Below are positions 57,458-64,000 of a DNA stretch of 64,000 nucleotides, piece by piece. A model generated the notes under the pieces. That model was given only the letters and a program-made list of their open reading frames with translations, was not told the DNA's origin and did not search any database. The DNA lies in NCBI GenBank assembly GCA_004431415.1, contig QPMI01000563.1, positions 62,001-126,000 on the forward strand. The letters run 5' to 3'. Positions within the stretch are counted from its first letter, which is position 1; each line of letters opens with the position of its first letter. A program made the position numbers and the translations under genes. The stretch is from Cyanophora paradoxa CCMP329 (taxonomy: Eukaryota > Plantae > Glaucophyta).

Positions 57458-59217
57458 ATGGCGCGGGACCAATTCGAATTCGATGAGCCAGAGCCGCGGC
57501 CCGCGCGCGTCCGCGCCTCGCTGAAGGTTAGGAGATCGATCCCGCGCGGTGCAGCGCGCTCGCTCTTCGCGCTTGCCACAGCGCGCGCAGGCCGCCGCCG
57601 GCGCTGCGTCCCCGAGCAAGGGCAAAGGGACGGCGCGCGGCGAGCCCGCGGGCGCAGCGAAGAAGGCGAAGCAGCAGAGACCGCCGACGCGCCCGGGGAC
57701 AAGGACGTCGCCGAGGAAGGCAGAGGAGCAAAAGAAAGGACCTCGGACATCCCCGAGGCTCAAGAATGCCCCCGCAGGAGCGCAGGCGCAAGCGAAGCCG
57801 AAGGCAGCGCCGAAGAAGAAGAAGGCGTCGCCGCCCGTGAAGAAGTCCGCTGACGTTCCGCGCACCGGCGCGTCCGCGGGCCACGCCCGCGACGCGCTGA
57901 AGAAGAAGCGCTCGCTGGCGGCGGCCGTAGCGGAGCCCGACGAGAGCGCCAGCGAAAAGGAAGACGAGGGCGAGCTGCCCGCTGCCGCGGCCGATGAGAA
58001 GGTGCGCTCCAACCCGCTTTGCACGCATGTCCCGGAACGAGCACCGCACAGGTGGCGCGCGAAACGGTGTCGTATACGTACAAGGTCCTCAGGATTGCAA
58101 TTGAAATTCGCTGCATTCAATTTTCGCGTCGAAGGCCTGCCCTAATCGCTCGCTCGCAGCGGCGGAGGTCGTCGATCGAAGTCGGCTCCTTTGAGGGCGA
58201 GTCGGTGATCTCGCCCATTCCAGCCGAATCCGGCGCATGCGTGATGCGTGTTCGCCCTGCGGCAGCGATACCTGACCGTCGAGCGCGAGCGGCGGAAGGA
58301 GGACAGGGAGAGGAGCGAGCGGGAGGACGCGGAGCGGAGCTTGCTCTCCTGGTGCGCCCGGCCGCCTAGGCCTCGCTCCCCTGCGCGCTCGTTCATGCGG
58401 TCCTCCCGCGCCCGCAGCTGACGCGCGCGCTCTCGCAGGGAAACCTACGGCAATCTGGGGACCTGGCTGGTTCAGGCGGCAAAGTCGGTGTCAAGCTCGG
58501 CGGGTCCAGAGGGCGCCGGCGCCGGCCTTGACGACATCTTCGAGGACCCGGCGGCGGCGGGGGACGAGGAGGGGTACGGCGGGGACGCTTCAGACCTGGA
58601 CAGCGCCAGCGGCCTGCGCGCCCGGCGCGAGCGCGAGGCCGCACGCGCTGCGGGCGAGGCGGAGGAGGAGGAGGAGGCGGGGGCCCTGGAGGACGAGCCG
58701 CTGGAGCTCGTCTCGCCCCCGCGCCGCAGCGCGAGGGGCCCCGGGGGCGCCGCTCTGCCGGGGCTGCAGCACGAGGACCCCGAGGCGGACGAGGTGGAGC
58801 TCGTGCCGCCCCCCACGCCCGCCGTCGCTGCCGCCATCGCCGCCCGCACGCCCCCGAGCCGCCGCCGCGGCCCGCCGCCGCCTCGCCCGGGGGCCCCGCC
58901 CCCGCCCCGGCGCGCGCCCCCGCCGCGCGACCGGCGCCCGTTGAGCTCAACTGGGAGTCACCCTCGGGGAGCCCTGTCCCCGCCACGCGGTGCCCCCGCC
59001 CGCCACTTCTATAGCTCACTGAGACTTCACACCCTGAGGCCCGAGGCGCAGGACGCTGCGCTCGCTGGCGGCGGACACGGGGGCCGCCGGCGCCGAGTTC
59101 GCCGACCTCCTCGAGCAGGAGCTGACGCCCGGGTCGCCCCATGGCCAGGCCCCGGCCCCTGCCTCCTCCGCCTCGCGCTCGCCGCCTCCCGTCGTCGACA
59201 CCGACGACGACCTGTAA
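57458..59217 (+). CDS. Hypothetical low-complexity protein: basic Lys/Ala-rich SPxK-containing N-half, acidic C-half (possibly nuclear)
   Basis: ATG 57458; SPSK, SPRK and PKKKK motifs; acidic exons; TAA at 59215-59217. Confidence 0.55.
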
Positions 59218-59472
59218 ATACAAGCCCCATCCGGATCCTCCATCGCCCCGCTTCTTCGGCGCGTCCGATTTTTTTGTTTTTAAACTGATTTGCACACCAC
59301 GAAACTCTATATGTGGGGACACTGCATCACTACAAAAGAAATAGGCCGCCCTGGCGACAATCGCCCGTCGCCTGTAGCTTCTATGCACAAGGGCTGCCCG
59401 AATCGCGTCCTAGAGCACGGTTGGGAGCGGTTCGGTGCGGTTGTTGAAAAAGCGCGCTCCGCGCTGGAGCCC

Positions 59473-61823
<2,351 letters not shown>

Positions 61824-62409
61824 TGCTCCGCTCCGCAATACGAACTGCCTACCCCCCTTCCGCGAGGGTATCGTATTACGACAGCCGCGGGTGCGAACAA
61901 GGCGTTACGCGCATGCGGGATGCCTGCTGGTGCACATACGCTTGCGCATAGATGTTGCTGTGCGTTTCCTATGCCGGAGCCTCGAGGCTGGCGCGTACCG
62001 CGACGCCGCGCCCGTAAACGTTTCCGCTGCCATGCATGCGCATATGCATGCCAGGCTGTACATGTGCCGCATCCACAACTTGCGCATGCGCGTATCCTGC
62101 TCAGCGGCTGAGCGGCCGCAGCACAGCGCTTAGCGCTAGCGCTAGCGGCTATGAGCTAGCGCGCGCGCGCGCTAGCTATAGCCATAGCCATCGATCCGAT
62201 GATCCGATGATCGATCCCGGCCCCGGCCGCGCGCGCGCGGGCCGGGATTCGGCCCCGTTGCAGTCGGCGTCCCATATATACTTGCGCAGATGTCGATCTA
62301 GATCTAGACCTGCGCTCTGGGCATGGCCCCGCACAGGGGCATCGGATTCTCGCGATTCGTTCAAGTTCTGCAACAATATTCAATTGCGAGCTGAATCGAG
62401 CATGGGTCG

Positions 62410-64000
62410 CTACTTCTTGCGGGCGCCGGCCTTGCCCTTGGGCCCCGCTGCGCCGTTGGAGCCGGCCTGGAGCTGGGCCAGCTCCTTTTCCAGGGAGTGG
62501 ATGTCCAGGGGAGCTGTCAGACCCTGGGCCCTGGCCTGCAGGAATATTACCCAGGCGGTCCGGTCCCAAGCTCGAGCCGGCCACTGAATGCCAGCGCTGG
62601 CGCACCCAGGCAGCGCGGTACTGGAGGTAGGCGGCGCGCGCCCGCGGGTTGAGGGGCCGCTCGGCCCGCAGCGACGGCGGCAGCTGCTGCGGGAGGACCG
62701 CGTCCACCGCCCGAAGGAGCCGCGCGCTCCCCACCAACGCCGTCATCGCTGCGGGGCGGGGGATCAAATCTAGTTGGCTTGGAGGCGCAACGCGGCGGAC
62801 TCGAACCTGGGACGAAGAGGTCCTTGTCGGCGTTCGGGGAGGGGAGCCAGGCCTCGGGCCACTCGAGGAGGACGCGCACCCCCTCCGGGAGGTACCCCAC
62901 GGCGTCGAGGAAGGCGCCTGCGCGGGTCGCCGGGTCGCCGCCGACTCGCCGGGCCTCCGGAGGGAGCAGGGGGGAGCGGGCGCACGGGGGGAGATGGCCC
63001 GGAAGCTGCAGGGGTGCACGACGACGTCGCCGAACTCGGACTCCGTCCGCCCGAAGCAGACCCGCCGCAGCGTGCGCGCGTGCGCGCCCTCTGATGCGCT
63101 TCGGCGAGGGGCAGAAAGGGCCCCCGAGGGGGGGAAGCGCACCGAACAGCCACCGCAGCGCGCCGGGGCCCACCTCGCAGCGCTGCAGCTCGACGCTGCG
63201 AAGGAAGGGGCGCGGTTGGGCGAGGAGGGCGGGGGCGGGGGGCGGCGGGGCGCGCCTCTGGAGGCCGCGGGGGAGGCCCCCGGGCCAGGCCTCCGGGAGG
63301 GTGCAGCAGTAGAGGACGAGGTCCGCGGGGCCGTCGGCCTCGTCGAACTCGGCGGGGCGGAGGACGTCCCCGAGCGCCTCCGCCATGCCGGGCGCCGCCA
63401 GGTCGCAGAATGAGAGCTCGGCGCGGCGGCAGCGGAGCCCCGCCGCCGCGAGCTGCGGGAGGGAGCCGGCCTCGCTCCACAGGGAGAGCCCGTAGAAGCG
63501 CTTCAGCTCCGGCGCCGCCGCGCGCAGCTCCGTCGCGCTCGAGTCCACCAGCTTCGCCCCGAGGTACCGCAGCGACGGCGCGACGAGGCCCTGCGAGGCG
63601 GCGGCGGCGGCGGCGGCGGCCCGGGCACGTTAGGCGCCGCGGAGCCTCGCGAAGAGATTGGACGCGACGGCGCGCGGCGGCGTACCGTGTGGACGTGGTC
63701 GATGTGCATTGTCCAGCCGCGGACGCGCAGCTCGCGGAGCGAGGGAGCGTGCTCGCCGAGTCGGAGGGTCGTCACGGCCTTCTCCAGGGGATCGCTGCAG
63801 AGCTCGAAGCTGTGCGGGACGATCTCCAGCGCTGATAGAGGAGACGGGAGCACCGGGCCCAGCGGACCGAGCTCCCACGACGGCCGTGGGCCGTCGGCGC
63901 GGCTTCTCTTCGGCGCGGCTGAGAGGTTTAGAACCAGCCGCTGGACGGCGGCGAACGCGGGCTTGCGAAGCGCTTCGGCTGCTTCTTCCACAGTGAGAAC
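62410..64000 (-). CDS. Hypothetical multi-exon protein, 3' part (possibly LRR-like solenoid)
   Basis: Coding-like exons with LRELRV, LKRFY and LRSVEL motifs, ending DIHSLEKELAQLQAGSNGAAGPKGKAGARKK*; start lies beyond the window. Confidence 0.55.

Overview
Very GC-rich, gene-dense eukaryotic nuclear DNA split by many short (~45-100 nt) spliceosomal introns, so the supplied unspliced ORF track is mostly spurious. Genes were reconstructed by manually stitching exons, and boundaries are approximate. Short introns and an 'MAAF...' plastid transit peptide suggest an alga such as a glaucophyte (inference only). Recognisable genes: F-box protein (partial), divergent NRT2-like MFS transporter, organellar HflX, DCC-family thiol-disulfide oxidoreductase, UBE2Q-like E2, RMD1/DUF155, TRAP1/HSP75, KY-type transglutaminase-like protein, plastid TraB-domain protein, CBS-domain protein, large MAP3K-like kinase, a protein with two H-C-C-C Zn modules, and a divergent SAH hydrolase. 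The most striking feature is a lower-GC island (~40.6-47.4 kb). It carries an intron-containing gene built as [GIY-YIG - linker - CCHC knuckle - GIY-YIG-like] x2 and a 146-bp tandem array with exon/intron architecture. It is followed directly by a chimeric duplication that joins an inverted TraB copy to the 3' half of the kinase gene. Other observations: frequent GC-AG introns, introns with self-complementary ends, and three enzyme/transporter homologues with substituted key residues.
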